Below, one piece after another: positions 42,414-54,117 of a stretch of DNA of 64,000 nt. Location: contig AP024596.1 in assembly GCA_019704295.1 (NCBI GenBank), forward strand, positions 1,504,001 through 1,568,000, given 5' to 3'. Source of the stretch: Sulfolobales archaeon HS-7. Lineage in GTDB: Archaea; Thermoproteota; Thermoprotei_A; Sulfolobales; Sulfolobaceae. The first letter of the stretch is position 1, and each line of letters opens with the position of its first letter. The notes under the pieces are model-generated. The model was given only the letters and a program-made list of their open reading frames with translations, was not told where the DNA came from and searched no databases. The position numbers and the translations under genes were made by a program.

Positions 42414-42990
42414 CGAGAAATACCGAAGGATTAAGGACAGAACTTACGTTGTCTACAGGGAATTAGAGTTCGAAGGAATTCACGATGTGATTCATGTGAG
42501 AAATAAGGAGAAACCCAATCATTTCCTTTTCGTCACTAATACTATGGGGGATCCTTACGAGTTGGCCGAGGTTCACAGGTTGAGATATAGAGGAGGGCTT
42601 CGAGACGAGAAAGGATAGAACTGTTCGGAAGGTTGAGGGGCAAACTCCTCTTCTAGTTGATCTACGCGTTCCTAGATAAGTCCTTGAACTTACATATCCT
42701 CCTCTCGCTTGACTTCAAGGCTCCCAGAATGAAGTCTCAAGCGTTCAACCATTTCGTCAACCTCCTCTAGCGGGTTTTGTTAGCTATAGGATTAAGTATG
42801 TACCTCCTATTGAGCTCGTGAGGAAAACTCGGAACTTCCCATAGTTTCTTACCCTTAACTTGTAAAAATATAATAGATTTTGACTAAATTCCTCATATTA
42901 TCACACTCTTTTAGTTAGTTTAATCCCTTATCTTTGTATACCGATTACGGTAATACCTTACTAATATGAGGTTTTTGGGGAACAGGACTA
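42414..42990 (+). mobile_element. 3' remnant of an IS related to 24532-25938
   Basis: ttaaggacagaacttacgttgtctacaggga matches ttaaggacagagcttacgttgcctataggga at about 25381; homology continues to the right end tttttggggaacaggac. Confidence 0.65.
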
Positions 42991-43076
42991 CTGTATGTAA
43001 GATTCCTGATAATTTTATGGAGTGTAAAAGTCGCAAAGGACATTGAGAAATAGGAGATAACAGAACGTATTTACTC

Positions 43077-44267
43077 TTATAGGAATGCGATAAGGGAGAT
43101 CAAGCCCATTAACACGATGAGTACGAAGCTAAACCAATAGGCAATCTCGTAAGGAAAAGAACTAGCGTATTCTCTCATAATTGTCTTATTTCTGAGAACT
43201 AAGCCCATGATCACGCCTGGCCCTATGAGAACTATGAGGAGAAATACTAAGAAGTTTAACACCTCGTTAACTAACATGCTCTGGGGGAGCATTAAACTAA
43301 TAAGTAGGGCGGGAATACTTTCAATGACATATATCCAGAAGGCCCTTTCTCTGCGAAGCCCTATAGCTTCAACCGTTCCCCATGCTGAACCCAAAGATAT
43401 TATAACCAACGCTATGAATCCTGCAAAAATCAAGCCTATGCCAAACAGGTACGGAGAATAGGAACCCGCAATTGCCGTTAACGCCTTTGACAGTTGGATA
43501 GCTGAAGCGAAATTAGTTGTAGGACTTAATCCCGTGGTAGCCATCTCAACTATTACCATTAATAATTCCGTTACCACTGCACCTATCAAGGTTTCAATCC
43601 TCATCCAACTTACCATCTTCCTTCCATCTCCCCTTGAAAAGTGAACCCTCTTTTCTGCAGTAGCTGAGGCCTGAAAGAACAGCATAAAAGGCATGATTAC
43701 AGCGCCGGCATCAGCAGCCAGGATAAATAAGAAACTACGGGACGTCGAAAAATAGATGGGAAAACAGTTTCTAATGCCTCTGACTGCTAGATCTGCGGCA
43801 AAGCTCCCTACAAGTATCAGCGAGAGGAAAATCAACCACTTCTCAAACGTCACGTATTTTTTGCTTATTACTAATCCTATATGTACAACGAAAACTGCTA
43901 TCAAGAAGAACTCGGGAATTCCTATCATCTCAAACCCTATCGCTATTCCCAAGTACTCGACTACGTACGTTACTACATCGGTAAGTGCCATTGGTAGAGA
44001 CATAAGCAAGGCGTTCTTTCTACTGTAATTCTCCCTAATGATCTCCCCCAATCCCTTCCCTGTCGCAACTCCAATTCTTCCCGCTCCCTCCTGAATAAAG
44101 TAGAGGGGAACAATGAGCGCAAGCATAAACCAAACTAGTTTATATCCAAATGCCGCACCTGTTTCAGCGGCTCCTATTGTACTCGAAGCGTCCATATCGG
44201 CAATCATTACCAGCCATGCAGGTCCGAAGAACTTGAGGAACGTGAGTTTACGGTCAGTCGTATCCAT
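43077..44267 (-). CDS. NRAMP/SLC11-family divalent cation transporter (NRMT-like)
   Basis: FFGP..LVMIADMDA, QE...RIGV.TG.GLGE.IR, GAVIMPFM.F.Q. Confidence 0.85.
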   Translation of the reverse strand: MDTTDRKLTFLKFFGPAWLVMIADMDASSTIGAAETGAAFGYKLVWFMLALIVPLYFIQEGAGRIGVATGKGLGEIIRENYSRKNALLMSLPMALTDVVTYVVEYLGIAIGFEMIGIPEFFLIAVFVVHIGLVISKKYVTFEKWLIFLSLILVGSFAADLAVRGIRNCFPIYFSTSRSFLFILAADAGAVIMPFMLFFQASATAEKRVHFSRGDGRKMVSWMRIETLIGAVVTELLMVIVEMATTGLSPTTNFASAIQLSKALTAIAGSYSPYLFGIGLIFAGFIALVIISLGSAWGTVEAIGLRRERAFWIYVIESIPALLISLMLPQSMLVNEVLNFLVFLLIVLIGPGVIMGLVLRNKTIMREYASSFPYEIAYWFSFVLIVLMGLISLIAFL

Positions 44268-44327
44268 GTTACGACGTATCGTAATATAGTAATACTAATA
44301 TTTAAATCTTGGGTTAAGGAGCCTGTC

Positions 44328-45995
44328 TTAGGACGTATTGTTCTTAAGGAATAGAATGGTAGGTATGAGGATGGATGCAAAATCTTTCTTTGTTTCCGGT
44401 ATGTGACCTGCATCGGGTAAGATATGCACCTCGAACGACTTTCCCAGATTCATAAGCTTTTCAACATACCTAAGAATAGGACGTAACGGCGTTCTGGAAT
44501 CGTTTTGCCCTGCTATTATGCAAACAGGAGCCTTTACGTTTTCCACGTAAGCAATAGGAGACCTTTCCGACATCAACTTCCTGTCCCCTTTAAAGAGAAG
44601 ATCTATAAATCCCTTGAAGGCGGCATCTGCCAGCTCGTACATGTCAACCCAATCCGCAACGGGAGCCCCCGCCACTCCAGCCTTCCACAGTTCCGGGAAC
44701 TTCCCGAGTTGCTTTAACGTAGAGAATCCACCATAGGAATAGCCTACGGCAAACGCCTCTGTTATAATCTCCTTAAAGTACTTAACGGCGTTAGCTATAT
44801 CTTCCATATCCTTCCCTCCTGCATCTCCTATATCCATCATTCTGAACTGTTCACCGTAGCCAGTGGAACCCCTGAAATTAGGGGCTATTACGTGATAACC
44901 GTTTATTGCAAGAGCGGTAATAAACGGGTCGAAACTGTCATCTACTTCCCCCCAAGGTCCTCCATGGATGTACACCACGGTTGGACCAGGTAACTTAGCA
45001 GTTGACGACTTAACCAGGAAGGCTGGAATTTCTATTCCATCCGAAGATGGGTATGAGTGGTATTCCACCTCTCCTAAGTTTATCGTCCTGTCCCCCATTA
45101 CTTTCTTCCACTCACCGTTATATACGTATATTGAGGGAGGGGTGATCAGGTTAGAGTACGTAACGTATACCTTTCCAGAATCGAGAATTGCGTTAGAAAT
45201 TACACCCTCTGGCGTCTTAACCTTCTCTTCACCTACGTGTAGGCTGCTTCTTCCGCGCTCCTTTCCGACGAAAATTACTTTGCCCTCTCTGTAATCGTAG
45301 AAAGTGTAGTCCGTATAACCCTCATGTAACTTCTTTGGAATTTTCTCCCTTATATCCATCAAATAAAGGGCAAATTTCCCACTTTCGAAGTTGCTCGCGA
45401 ACAACACGCCTTTTTCCGTAATGAGCGGAGGATAACTACTACTCCCCACCTTAGGAGAGTAAGTTTCGAATTCATCGGTTTTCAAATTATAGAAAAATAA
45501 TTCCAAAGCTCCATCTGTTCTATAGCCCATACCTCCCGCGTATTCCCCGTAAATACTGCTGACTGCGGAGAAAGGGTAATTTAGATCCCTTACCTTTTCC
45601 GCTGTGTTACCCCTTATTACGTAAAGCGAATTCCTTTCCGCGGATCCGGTGAGAAGTCCAACCTTTCCATCAAATGCTGCGCTTAATACTCGCATGGCAG
45701 GATGTTGGATCTCAATACTTTTCTCCGCATTTACATCGTACATGAATACCTTATGGAGTTCCCTTCCCTTTGCTGCCTCATACGCATAGAGGAATTTTCC
45801 ATTCTCAATATATGTAGTTAACGTTATTCTCTCGGCGACTTTCACCCTGGCATCCCCCTTCATTAAAAATAGCGAACTAACTCCGTCTTCGTTCGAGGAG
45901 TAAAGCATGTAATTGCCCTTTACGTCTATTACAACGTAGTAGTTAAGTGAGGCTATCTCATAAGTCTTTTCTAAAATTTCCTTATAATCTATCAT
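44328..45995 (-). CDS. S9 acylaminoacyl peptidase
   Basis: HGGP, NFRGSTGYG, GYSYGG, DSRT, GH triad; N-terminal propeller. Confidence 0.92.
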   Translation of the reverse strand: MIDYKEILEKTYEIASLNYYVVIDVKGNYMLYSSNEDGVSSLFLMKGDARVKVAERITLTTYIENGKFLYAYEAAKGRELHKVFMYDVNAEKSIEIQHPAMRVLSAAFDGKVGLLTGSAERNSLYVIRGNTAEKVRDLNYPFSAVSSIYGEYAGGMGYRTDGALELFFYNLKTDEFETYSPKVGSSSYPPLITEKGVLFASNFESGKFALYLMDIREKIPKKLHEGYTDYTFYDYREGKVIFVGKERGRSSLHVGEEKVKTPEGVISNAILDSGKVYVTYSNLITPPSIYVYNGEWKKVMGDRTINLGEVEYHSYPSSDGIEIPAFLVKSSTAKLPGPTVVYIHGGPWGEVDDSFDPFITALAINGYHVIAPNFRGSTGYGEQFRMMDIGDAGGKDMEDIANAVKYFKEIITEAFAVGYSYGGFSTLKQLGKFPELWKAGVAGAPVADWVDMYELADAAFKGFIDLLFKGDRKLMSERSPIAYVENVKAPVCIIAGQNDSRTPLRPILRYVEKLMNLGKSFEVHILPDAGHIPETKKDFASILIPTILFLKNNTS

Positions 45996-46025
45996 GAGAT
46001 AATTATTACATAAGCGTAAAAAAAA

Positions 46026-47483
46026 TTACCGCCTGAGACCCTTAATTGGAGGTATACGATTAAGGTGTTCAACGCTTTCGGGAATTCCACCTTTTTTAGC
46101 TATTTCCCTGTAAACTAGGGCCGACGGATTCCAATAGAGCCTTTTCGTCGAGTAATCTACCCTTAGAAGTCCAAACTTCTGAGAAAAGCCTGAAGCCCAT
46201 TCGTAGTTATCAGCAAGCGACCAGTGAAGGTAACCCCTTACATCTGCTCCTTCTTCTATTGCCTTATAAACCTGATAGATATGAGAGACCAAATAGTACG
46301 GTCTCTGATAATCACCTTCATCAGCTATTCCGTTTTCCGTAACGTATATTGGAAGTCCATATCTCTTCCAGTACTTCACGATTACGTTCCTCAGTCCCTC
46401 GGGGTAGAATTCCCATCCGAAGTCGCTGGTTGGCCTCCCTCCAGCACTTAGGGAGTTCCTCTCGCAACCGTGACCGTAACCTGGTACTCCCGTATATCCG
46501 TCACCCGACTTCCTTACAACCGATCTTGTGTAGTAGTTTACTCCTATCCAATCGAGTTTACCCTTAAGGTCCTCCCTTACTTCATCCTTGTACTTACCAT
46601 TTATTATCGCGTCGAAAAAGGCCCACCTGTTATCGTACTCTGCTCTTGACGCAGCCTCTTCATCCTCCTGAGTTAGACCCTGAAAATCTGAATTAGCGTA
46701 TATTATCCCCACGGGTTTCTTATGAACCTTAAGCAGATCATATGCCCTAGCGTGAGCCTGGATTATGTTAAACATAGCCACTCCCATATATGAAAGGTTT
46801 AAATATCCAGGAGGAAAACCGCTTTTGACGCCGGAATAACCCGCGCCCCACACTACATTAGGCTCATTCATCGTTGAGTAGGCATCTACCAGATCGTCCA
46901 ACTTCCAGCTTATGTAAGAAGAGAATTTTGAGAACTCCAAAACGGTTTTAGTGGAGAGCCAACCTGTTCTTTCGGTTTTCTCCCCCCTTCTAACGGCTAT
47001 AGGATCATGAATCCAGAGGGGAAGTGGCCAATGATACAAATTCAAAATAAATTCAATGCCTCTTTCCTTCAGATCTGAGAACATCTTCCTGTAGTGCTCA
47101 ACGGCTTCCTTGTTTGCAATTGATTCCATTTTCTCAAGATCGCTCTGTTTTACATCGACGTAAGTAACCTTACCTTCCTTTACTTCGGCATCAACGTGAA
47201 GGTCAAAAGTAGGATTTGGAAAGATCCTACTCCACTCTACCCCTATTCTGGCTATCTTTAATCCCATGTCCTCTGCAATATCGTGAAATTTCTTGTAGTT
47301 GTGCCAGTAGGCTGGTCCGTTCTCGGGGAGGTCTCCACTTACCATCCCAGCGATAATGTTCTCCCTGTCATGAACCCACACGTACCAATCGCTGTTGGGA
47401 TCCTCACCGCCAGGGAGTCCCATCTCAGATTGAAATCCAGCCTGAGACCATCCAAACTTAAATCCTGGTTTAAACGTTGACAT
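46026..47483 (-). CDS. lacS: GH1 beta-glycosidase (LacS/BgaS)
   Basis: [40 protein letters not shown]. Confidence 0.95.
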   Translation of the reverse strand: MSTFKPGFKFGWSQAGFQSEMGLPGGEDPNSDWYVWVHDRENIIAGMVSGDLPENGPAYWHNYKKFHDIAEDMGLKIARIGVEWSRIFPNPTFDLHVDAEVKEGKVTYVDVKQSDLEKMESIANKEAVEHYRKMFSDLKERGIEFILNLYHWPLPLWIHDPIAVRRGEKTERTGWLSTKTVLEFSKFSSYISWKLDDLVDAYSTMNEPNVVWGAGYSGVKSGFPPGYLNLSYMGVAMFNIIQAHARAYDLLKVHKKPVGIIYANSDFQGLTQEDEEAASRAEYDNRWAFFDAIINGKYKDEVREDLKGKLDWIGVNYYTRSVVRKSGDGYTGVPGYGHGCERNSLSAGGRPTSDFGWEFYPEGLRNVIVKYWKRYGLPIYVTENGIADEGDYQRPYYLVSHIYQVYKAIEEGADVRGYLHWSLADNYEWASGFSQKFGLLRVDYSTKRLYWNPSALVYREIAKKGGIPESVEHLNRIPPIKGLRR

Positions 47484-48046
47484 CAAAAGTCGATATCACT
47501 TCATATCTCTCGTTTTTAAATCTACTTTAGTTTTTTATATACCAAGCGAGTATTAGACTAACGATGAGACAAATAGAAATTTAGAATGAATGGGTAAATT
47601 TACGTAGGGCTGTATATACTCATCTATACTTAGTTTAGCCTTAGCAAATAGATCTCGCGGGCTGTATTATAGGTTCTTTATTTAAATTTATACATATGCA
47701 TAATGAGGTAATTACGTTTCACACTAATTTAAGGACTGCCTCTCCGCAGGTCAGCTAATACTGGTAAAGGTATTCTGGTTTATGATTAAGACTCCTGAAT
47801 TTTGGTAAAGTCTTTAGAAGAGTAGTGAACTCGCCCTCCCAATTTGTATACCTAACGCGGTAACATCGACCGGGCCTTTAACGACCCTACCATCAACATC
47901 ATAAGCCTTAAACCTAGATCCCATGTCTAGCGTTGGGAAAAAGGGCGTCGCTACTAATTATCCCTTACTACAAAGGGGGATAACCATCCTTGCGGGTCTT
48001 CCACCTTCCCTTACTAAGATAAATACTTGTTTGAAGATATTTGGTT

Positions 48047-49084
48047 ATGAAGAAAAAGGATCAACCTCATGATATTTTTGACGACGTATGGAGGCCTTCA
48101 AGTCCTAAGGAAACGGAAAGGGTTCTCAATGTTATGAAATTAATAGTAGAAGGGGAAGACGCTAAAGCAATGAGAGAAATAGATTCTATGCTGAAAGAGA
48201 ACCCGAAAAATACGATGCCGTATATTCTGAAAGCTACGGCAGAAACGCTGTCCGGCGATCTTAACTCTGCTATTGACACTCTTCAAACTGCTAGAAATAT
48301 CCTACCCTACGGGGATAGAAAAAGAGTCGGCATATTCGCAATGGAGTTTACCTTATTAGAGGAGATTAGGCCTGCAAAGGAGTTGGTTGAAATTATTAAT
48401 AAGGTTCTAGAGGAGTTTCCTGACCAAGCGTATTTACTCTTTTTGAGAGGAAAGACTTACTCGCGGTTGGGTAAGATTAAGAAAGCCATTCACGACTTAA
48501 ATAAAGTAATTGAAAGTAAGGATATCACTAAAAGACAAAGGGCAATCGCGGTACAAGAGCTCGCCTTTTGCCACCTATATCGTGATAGATTTGAGGATTC
48601 CTTGAGGGAATTAGATAGGTCAATAAAGGAGTATAACACAGCTTCTGCACACGTTAATAAAGGAGTGGTACTCTCGGCGATGGGGAGGTTTGAGGACGCA
48701 CTAAAGGAATATGATGAGGCAATAAAGTTGAAACCTAAGAGTAAAATAGCTCACCTAAATAAGGGGATCCTACTAAGGAAAATCGGTAAGAAAAAGGAAG
48801 CGCTTAAAGAGCTTTTAATTGCTAAGAAGCTAACGGAAGCAGACCTGAAGGTAGAAATCAATCTTTTAGGAATATATCTCGAAATGTGCGACAAAAAGAA
48901 CGCGTTCAAAGAACTAACGGAAATCGAGGGAATAATGAGAGAGAGCGAAGCGTTGGCGGAGAAGTACTCTAAGATGAGTTATAGGGAGAAAACTGAATTA
49001 GAGAAATCCACGAAAGCAACAATTATAGGATTAAGGACTTTAGTTATTGCCCGTATGACAAAATGCGATGGTAGGAATTCTTAA
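48047..49084 (+). CDS. Tetratricopeptide-repeat protein
   Basis: Canonical TPRs, e.g. AHVNKGVVLSAMGRFEDALKEYDEAIKLKP. Confidence 0.88.
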   Translation: MKKKDQPHDIFDDVWRPSSPKETERVLNVMKLIVEGEDAKAMREIDSMLKENPKNTMPYILKATAETLSGDLNSAIDTLQTARNILPYGDRKRVGIFAMEFTLLEEIRPAKELVEIINKVLEEFPDQAYLLFLRGKTYSRLGKIKKAIHDLNKVIESKDITKRQRAIAVQELAFCHLYRDRFEDSLRELDRSIKEYNTASAHVNKGVVLSAMGRFEDALKEYDEAIKLKPKSKIAHLNKGILLRKIGKKKEALKELLIAKKLTEADLKVEINLLGIYLEMCDKKNAFKELTEIEGIMRESEALAEKYSKMSYREKTELEKSTKATIIGLRTLVIARMTKCDGRNS

Positions 49085-49547
49085 TATTAAGAATCTCACC
49101 TACAATATCTCAATATAGTAGATTCGCTCGATAATGTTTATATTCAACTGCACTTAAATTGAAATATAAGAAGTCTCTGTTTTTTTCCATAATAATGAAA
49201 CATATTCCCTCCTACCTGATGTATATTATTGTTGCAACATATATAAGCATTAGAAAGGAAATTTTTGTCTAGGGAACCTAACAATATCAGGTTAATTGAA
49301 CACCTATACTTTCTTGAGTTTTTAGGATATTCCCAACGCAGCAATTTCCCTCAACTCCAACAATTTTCAAAGATTTTCAATTCCAATAAGATAGCTTTAA
49401 TGGGTGCTTACGTTAATTACGTAAGACTCTAGAAAGCTCTTTCAAGAAAGTATTATCTAAACTGCACATAATAGTAATACTATACATAATAGTAATTGAG
49501 TCAATTCTTCATCAGGTAAGGCGAGATTTCTAGTAATTTGCACCTAC

Positions 49548-50417
49548 TTAGAAATTCCTTAGACGCGGATCAACAAACTTCTGTACACCTATTGACATCA
49601 TCATAAGACCTATCTCGTATACGATTATCACAATTATGGGGATCACCAGATTATACATACCCAGCGGGGAATATATAGCGCCGCCTATACTTGTCGCAAA
49701 GTTCAATATGACTCCCCAATTTGTATTATTCAGAGGAAGGAACCCGAAGGCGTATAGACCAACTAGACCAAAGACGTAAAACATCATATCTTGAAACAGG
49801 TGGACTAGAATGTAAGACATCATTGGATAAACTATCTCCCCAAATAATATTTTTCTATTTCCAAAACCCAACATCTGTGCCATCATGACGTAACCCTGAT
49901 TCTTCAGCGAATAGGTAAACCCTCTTATAGCCTTTGCCATCCCTGCCCAAGAGAACATGCTCAGAATTCCTCCTAGAATTAAAGGATTACTCGTATGTAT
50001 AATAGTTGCGAGTATGAGAGTTATTGGAAATCCCGGTATGGTAAGCACCATCTCGAAAAGGGCGTTTAATGCCATATCTACTCTTTTTCCCAGAAATCCT
50101 GCAAGGAGTCCGAGTGAGACCCCCACCCCTATCGTGATCAGTGAGGCTATTGTCGTAACCTCAAGAATAAATGGTGTACCCCATACTATTTCGTCAAATA
50201 GAGGGAGTCCTTCGTAATCCGTACCGAAGATGTAAAGGGGGAAATCCTTCAGTGAAGGTGGGAGAAAAGCGTCAGCGGGATTCGCTAATTTTGGGGAGGG
50301 ATACGGGACAAAGAGTAAGCCCACTGTTCCCATTAACACATACACTAAGAAGACCAGGAAACCAGCGAAGAAGATTTTATTCCTGAAAATATTCGACAAG
50401 CTATCCCTACTAGGCAC
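49548..50417 (-). CDS. dppC: Dpp/Opp-family ABC permease (C subunit)
   Basis: FGTD..G, EAA-like loop, WG. Confidence 0.88.
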   Translation of the reverse strand: MPSRDSLSNIFRNKIFFAGFLVFLVYVLMGTVGLLFVPYPSPKLANPADAFLPPSLKDFPLYIFGTDYEGLPLFDEIVWGTPFILEVTTIASLITIGVGVSLGLLAGFLGKRVDMALNALFEMVLTIPGFPITLILATIIHTSNPLILGGILSMFSWAGMAKAIRGFTYSLKNQGYVMMAQMLGFGNRKILFGEIVYPMMSYILVHLFQDMMFYVFGLVGLYAFGFLPLNNTNWGVILNFATSIGGAIYSPLGMYNLVIPIIVIIVYEIGLMMMSIGVQKFVDPRLRNF

Positions 50418-51405
50418 CTAACCTCACCCTCGGATCGAGGACTCCATATAGGATGTCTGCGATGATATTCCCTATTACGCTTACCGTAACTATCACCAAC
50501 AAACATCCTATAGCTAATGGGTAATCCTTACCTGTCAGGGCAGTAGCGTAAAGGGAACCGACGCCGTAGAGCCCAAATATGCTCTCTACGAAAGTGGCGG
50601 AACCTAACAGAAGTCCAAAGGAGTACATTAATCGGGTGAAGGAGGGAATAACTGATAGTCTACCTATATAGTCGAACATTATCGTTCTTCCCCTTAAACC
50701 TCTCAATTTGGCGTAATTTACAAAGTCCTCCTTAGCTATGGACGCAGCCGCAGATCTTATACTTAGTATCCACCCCGGTATCATTGGAATCGAAAATGAA
50801 AGTATAGGTAAGGTGTAATGATATAACAAATTCTCAATAAACGTCAGATTAAACGCAACCTGATGAACTGAGTATGAACCGGAGACCGGAAAATAGTTCT
50901 TATAAACCGCTAAGAACAACAGGAGGATTATCGCGAGTAGATAACTGGGAACTGCATTTACGGCCGCTGAAGATACCGTTATAATCGAATCTATTTTGCC
51001 TCCAGAATATTTTGATGAGAAAAGTCCGATCAGTACTCCTACTACGTATGAAAATATTAATGATGCGGTAACCAAAAATACGGTGAAGGGAATTTCATAA
51101 GCGATTAGAGTAGCTACTGGTTCGTGAAGGTAAATTGACCGACCTAGATCACCGTGTAGTAGTTGAGACATATATGAGACATACGCAGCCGGTGCGCTTT
51201 GGTTAACGTTTATGAGAAACACCGTCCTCGCTTTAGCTACAGCATATGCCCTACTATACCCTTTAGCTAGAAGCGATGAAATATACAGTTGCACTGGGTT
51301 ACCCGGAGCAATATAGAGAAGTATATATGTAAGAGAGACTACGACGAATATTGTTACGACCCCTAGGACAACTCTCTTAAACAGCCACCATAAGAAGGGC
51401 TTCAT
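50410..51405 (-). CDS. dppB: Dpp/Opp-family ABC permease (B subunit)
   Basis: PGNP, GDLGRS, EDFVNYAKLRGL, DYP, LDPRVR. Confidence 0.9.
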   Translation of the reverse strand: MKPFLWWLFKRVVLGVVTIFVVVSLTYILLYIAPGNPVQLYISSLLAKGYSRAYAVAKARTVFLINVNQSAPAAYVSYMSQLLHGDLGRSIYLHEPVATLIAYEIPFTVFLVTASLIFSYVVGVLIGLFSSKYSGGKIDSIITVSSAAVNAVPSYLLAIILLLFLAVYKNYFPVSGSYSVHQVAFNLTFIENLLYHYTLPILSFSIPMIPGWILSIRSAAASIAKEDFVNYAKLRGLRGRTIMFDYIGRLSVIPSFTRLMYSFGLLLGSATFVESIFGLYGVGSLYATALTGKDYPLAIGCLLVIVTVSVIGNIIADILYGVLDPRVRLGA

Positions 51406-51504
51406 TAAGACTATAATTTACTCTAGGCAATATATAAACCTTGTCTTTACAATAAACGAGTTTAATAAAAATAACTTAAAAAAATCTAACTTAAAAAATT
51501 AAAT

Positions 51505-53595
51505 TTATCTTTTCCTTATGAAAAATATAGCCAATGCTGCAATTGCTATAACTACAACAACGACTATCGCTATCGTTATAGTGTACGACGGATGAGTTGA
51601 AGGTACTGTTGTTGAGGGAGGAGTTGCTAACGTGGGAGGAACTGTAGAGGAGACTGGAGGCACAGATGAGGTTGTAGAAGGTACTGTAGATGTGGTAGTT
51701 TGAGGAACGGTTGTCGTAGTTGTGGTAACGTTGTATACGTAAGATGGAATTGGCGGCGTTACGTTTGGTGGTGTTATATATCCATCTAGGAATCCTATTA
51801 CAGGACCCATATACTCAAAGTCGTATGCTATGAACGGGAATAACGTTGTAGATATGAATGTTGAGTTATTAGTATTAAGAATTGCCTGATAATTAGCCTG
51901 GAATGGATTTAACTCAACAGGCTCTACTTTCTCTACATCCGCTATAGCCGGTAACCAGTAGTTATACCAGGCCATGAGCTTCTCCGTATCGTTAATATAT
52001 AGCGGTGAAGAAGACGATATTGAGTGCATCTGTAACATTACCTGAGTGACGTTAATAGTGTAGTTGTGCCCCTCGTACATATACCACGTGTTCAGCGACA
52101 GGTTAAACGGTGGTTGAGGTATTATACTCCCTATTCTCCACGCATCAACTATACTAGTAAATGGGGTGAAGAAGGGCCCTACTTCGAATGCACCTGAGAA
52201 GAAGTCTGAGTAGTATGTGGAGGTCGTTATTTCGTATACCTGGGACTTTATTCCGAAGGCGTCAAATTGGTTTGCCAACTCCTGAGAAAGGGCGACCCAA
52301 TCAGTAAGAGAATTAGGTGCCAGTATGCTTATCTGGAACTGAGAACCGTTGGGTAGATACCATTCTCCGTTTTTCTCCGTTAAACCAGCCTTCTCTAGTA
52401 GTTGAGTAGCTAGAGTCAGGTTGTAAGTATAGTTATTTAATCCCTCCCAGAAAGAGGAAGGAATTACTGACTCGAACTGGTTCTGGAAACCTAAAGGTAT
52501 CCCGGCGAAGTTAACAGGTCCTGGTTCGTAATCTGGAGCGTACGCTGCAGCTAATTCTGTTAAGTTAACGACGTGATAAAGTGCCTGCCTTACGAGGGAT
52601 ATGTTAAAGGGATAAATCTTAGGATTAAGGTAAAAGCCGACCCCTCCATAAGTATCAGCCATGTAAAGGGTCATTCCCTCTCCTTTAAGCGTATCGTATA
52701 TACTTAGGGGAATTGCCGTTGTCCCGTAGCCGCAAATACCCGAAACCAAAAAGTTCTCCGACTGCGTATTTCCGCTGCTCCAATAGGTTATCATCTCAGG
52801 ATAATATTTAAGTGAGGAATTGGGGAATGCCTGTTCAAAATATGGGTTTGCATTCCATACCATGTATTCGTCATTCATACTACTAACATTAGGAAGGTAA
52901 AACCCATTGCTGGTTGGCGTTACATTGAGTTTCTCTATCGCAGAAGTAAGATTAGAGAGGTAACTGCTTAGGGCTGGGTTGGAAGTATTAAGAGGATATA
53001 GAGTAGCAGCGTAATTACCGAATTGGAAGTACGGAGCACCTACTGCAGGTGCTAACACTACTGATTCTGTCCTTATGAAATTCTTATATGTACTACCCTT
53101 GAATAGGAAGGCCACCGTATAATTATTTATTACCGATACGTTATAGAGACCGTAAGTTGAGAACCATCCGAATAACCTAATGCCTATTATATACGTTGTC
53201 CACACATCCCATGCGGTAAATGGCTTAGGACCTGTAGGAGTATCCCAGTAGTATGGGTGCCTTAAGGTTACTATCATTTCACTTCCATTCCATGTCCAGT
53301 TAGTTGCGAGCAAGGGAATAAATTGGTTCTCATTATGGACGTATATAGCTAACGGGAGGTATTGCCACATGAAAAGCCATAGATTCGTAGAAGACCAGTA
53401 ATTCCAGTAAACTCCACCTGGAGTAGGAGGTCCCTCTGGGGCCCATTGCCATACTCCTTTAGGGATCTTATTGGGTAGCGTATTACTGGTTGTTATGAGG
53501 TTCGTAGTAGGTAAAAACGGGAGTAACATAACAACCAGTAGAAATATACCAACTAGTATCCTATAATTTAAACTTCTTAGTCTATTTAATCTCAT
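51505..53595 (-). CDS. ABC substrate-binding protein (family 5; likely oligosaccharide) with S/T/P stalk and C-terminal anchor
   Basis: PLLATNW, PFTAWDV, VRQALYH, A.QLLEKAG; C-terminal TM + RKR. Confidence 0.85.
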   Translation of the reverse strand: MRLNRLRSLNYRILVGIFLLVVMLLPFLPTTNLITTSNTLPNKIPKGVWQWAPEGPPTPGGVYWNYWSSTNLWLFMWQYLPLAIYVHNENQFIPLLATNWTWNGSEMIVTLRHPYYWDTPTGPKPFTAWDVWTTYIIGIRLFGWFSTYGLYNVSVINNYTVAFLFKGSTYKNFIRTESVVLAPAVGAPYFQFGNYAATLYPLNTSNPALSSYLSNLTSAIEKLNVTPTSNGFYLPNVSSMNDEYMVWNANPYFEQAFPNSSLKYYPEMITYWSSGNTQSENFLVSGICGYGTTAIPLSIYDTLKGEGMTLYMADTYGGVGFYLNPKIYPFNISLVRQALYHVVNLTELAAAYAPDYEPGPVNFAGIPLGFQNQFESVIPSSFWEGLNNYTYNLTLATQLLEKAGLTEKNGEWYLPNGSQFQISILAPNSLTDWVALSQELANQFDAFGIKSQVYEITTSTYYSDFFSGAFEVGPFFTPFTSIVDAWRIGSIIPQPPFNLSLNTWYMYEGHNYTINVTQVMLQMHSISSSSPLYINDTEKLMAWYNYWLPAIADVEKVEPVELNPFQANYQAILNTNNSTFISTTLFPFIAYDFEYMGPVIGFLDGYITPPNVTPPIPSYVYNVTTTTTTVPQTTTSTVPSTTSSVPPVSSTVPPTLATPPSTTVPSTHPSYTITIAIVVVVVIAIAALAIFFIRKR

Positions 53596-54117
53596 TACCT
53601 ATTGAGTAGTGGATCCCATTTAATAAACTTTTTCACACCACTTAAGCAGAACGTATTACTCAATTTACACTGACTTCGTTATTCCACCTTTGTCTATTTA
53701 GGAACTAGGAAAGAAACCGTCTTACAGGTAACACAATTTGTTTAAGTTATTGGTAAACGTTAAAATTACACCTGAAATTTTTTATACCGTTCAGAATGAC
53801 ATTTTCTACTGCTTAGCCCCCCTCTCCTTAATATATATTCAAAAATAATAGGCCTGAAAAATAATACGCTTGACACCCTCTTATCCTAAGATTCGTTTAC
53901 TATAATAATTTGCTTATACCAAGTGAAAAAACTGCTAATATATAACCATTTCCATCTACATATACTTCATTCAATCTTATTTCTCTAGCTTATTTGGAAT
54001 TGAAATAATGCATGTAGCGGTATTTACCTCATATGCTGTGAGAGTAATAACCTAACTTAAAATTGGAAATAGTGAGTTGGAAAATAATATAAGTATAAAC
54101 TTCAAAAAGTTAATTGC

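Noticed and set aside
47760-48010. Minus-strand fragment MGSRFKAYDVDGRVVKGP resembling a Rieske C-terminal motif
   Set aside because: Cys/His ligands absent and no continuous frame
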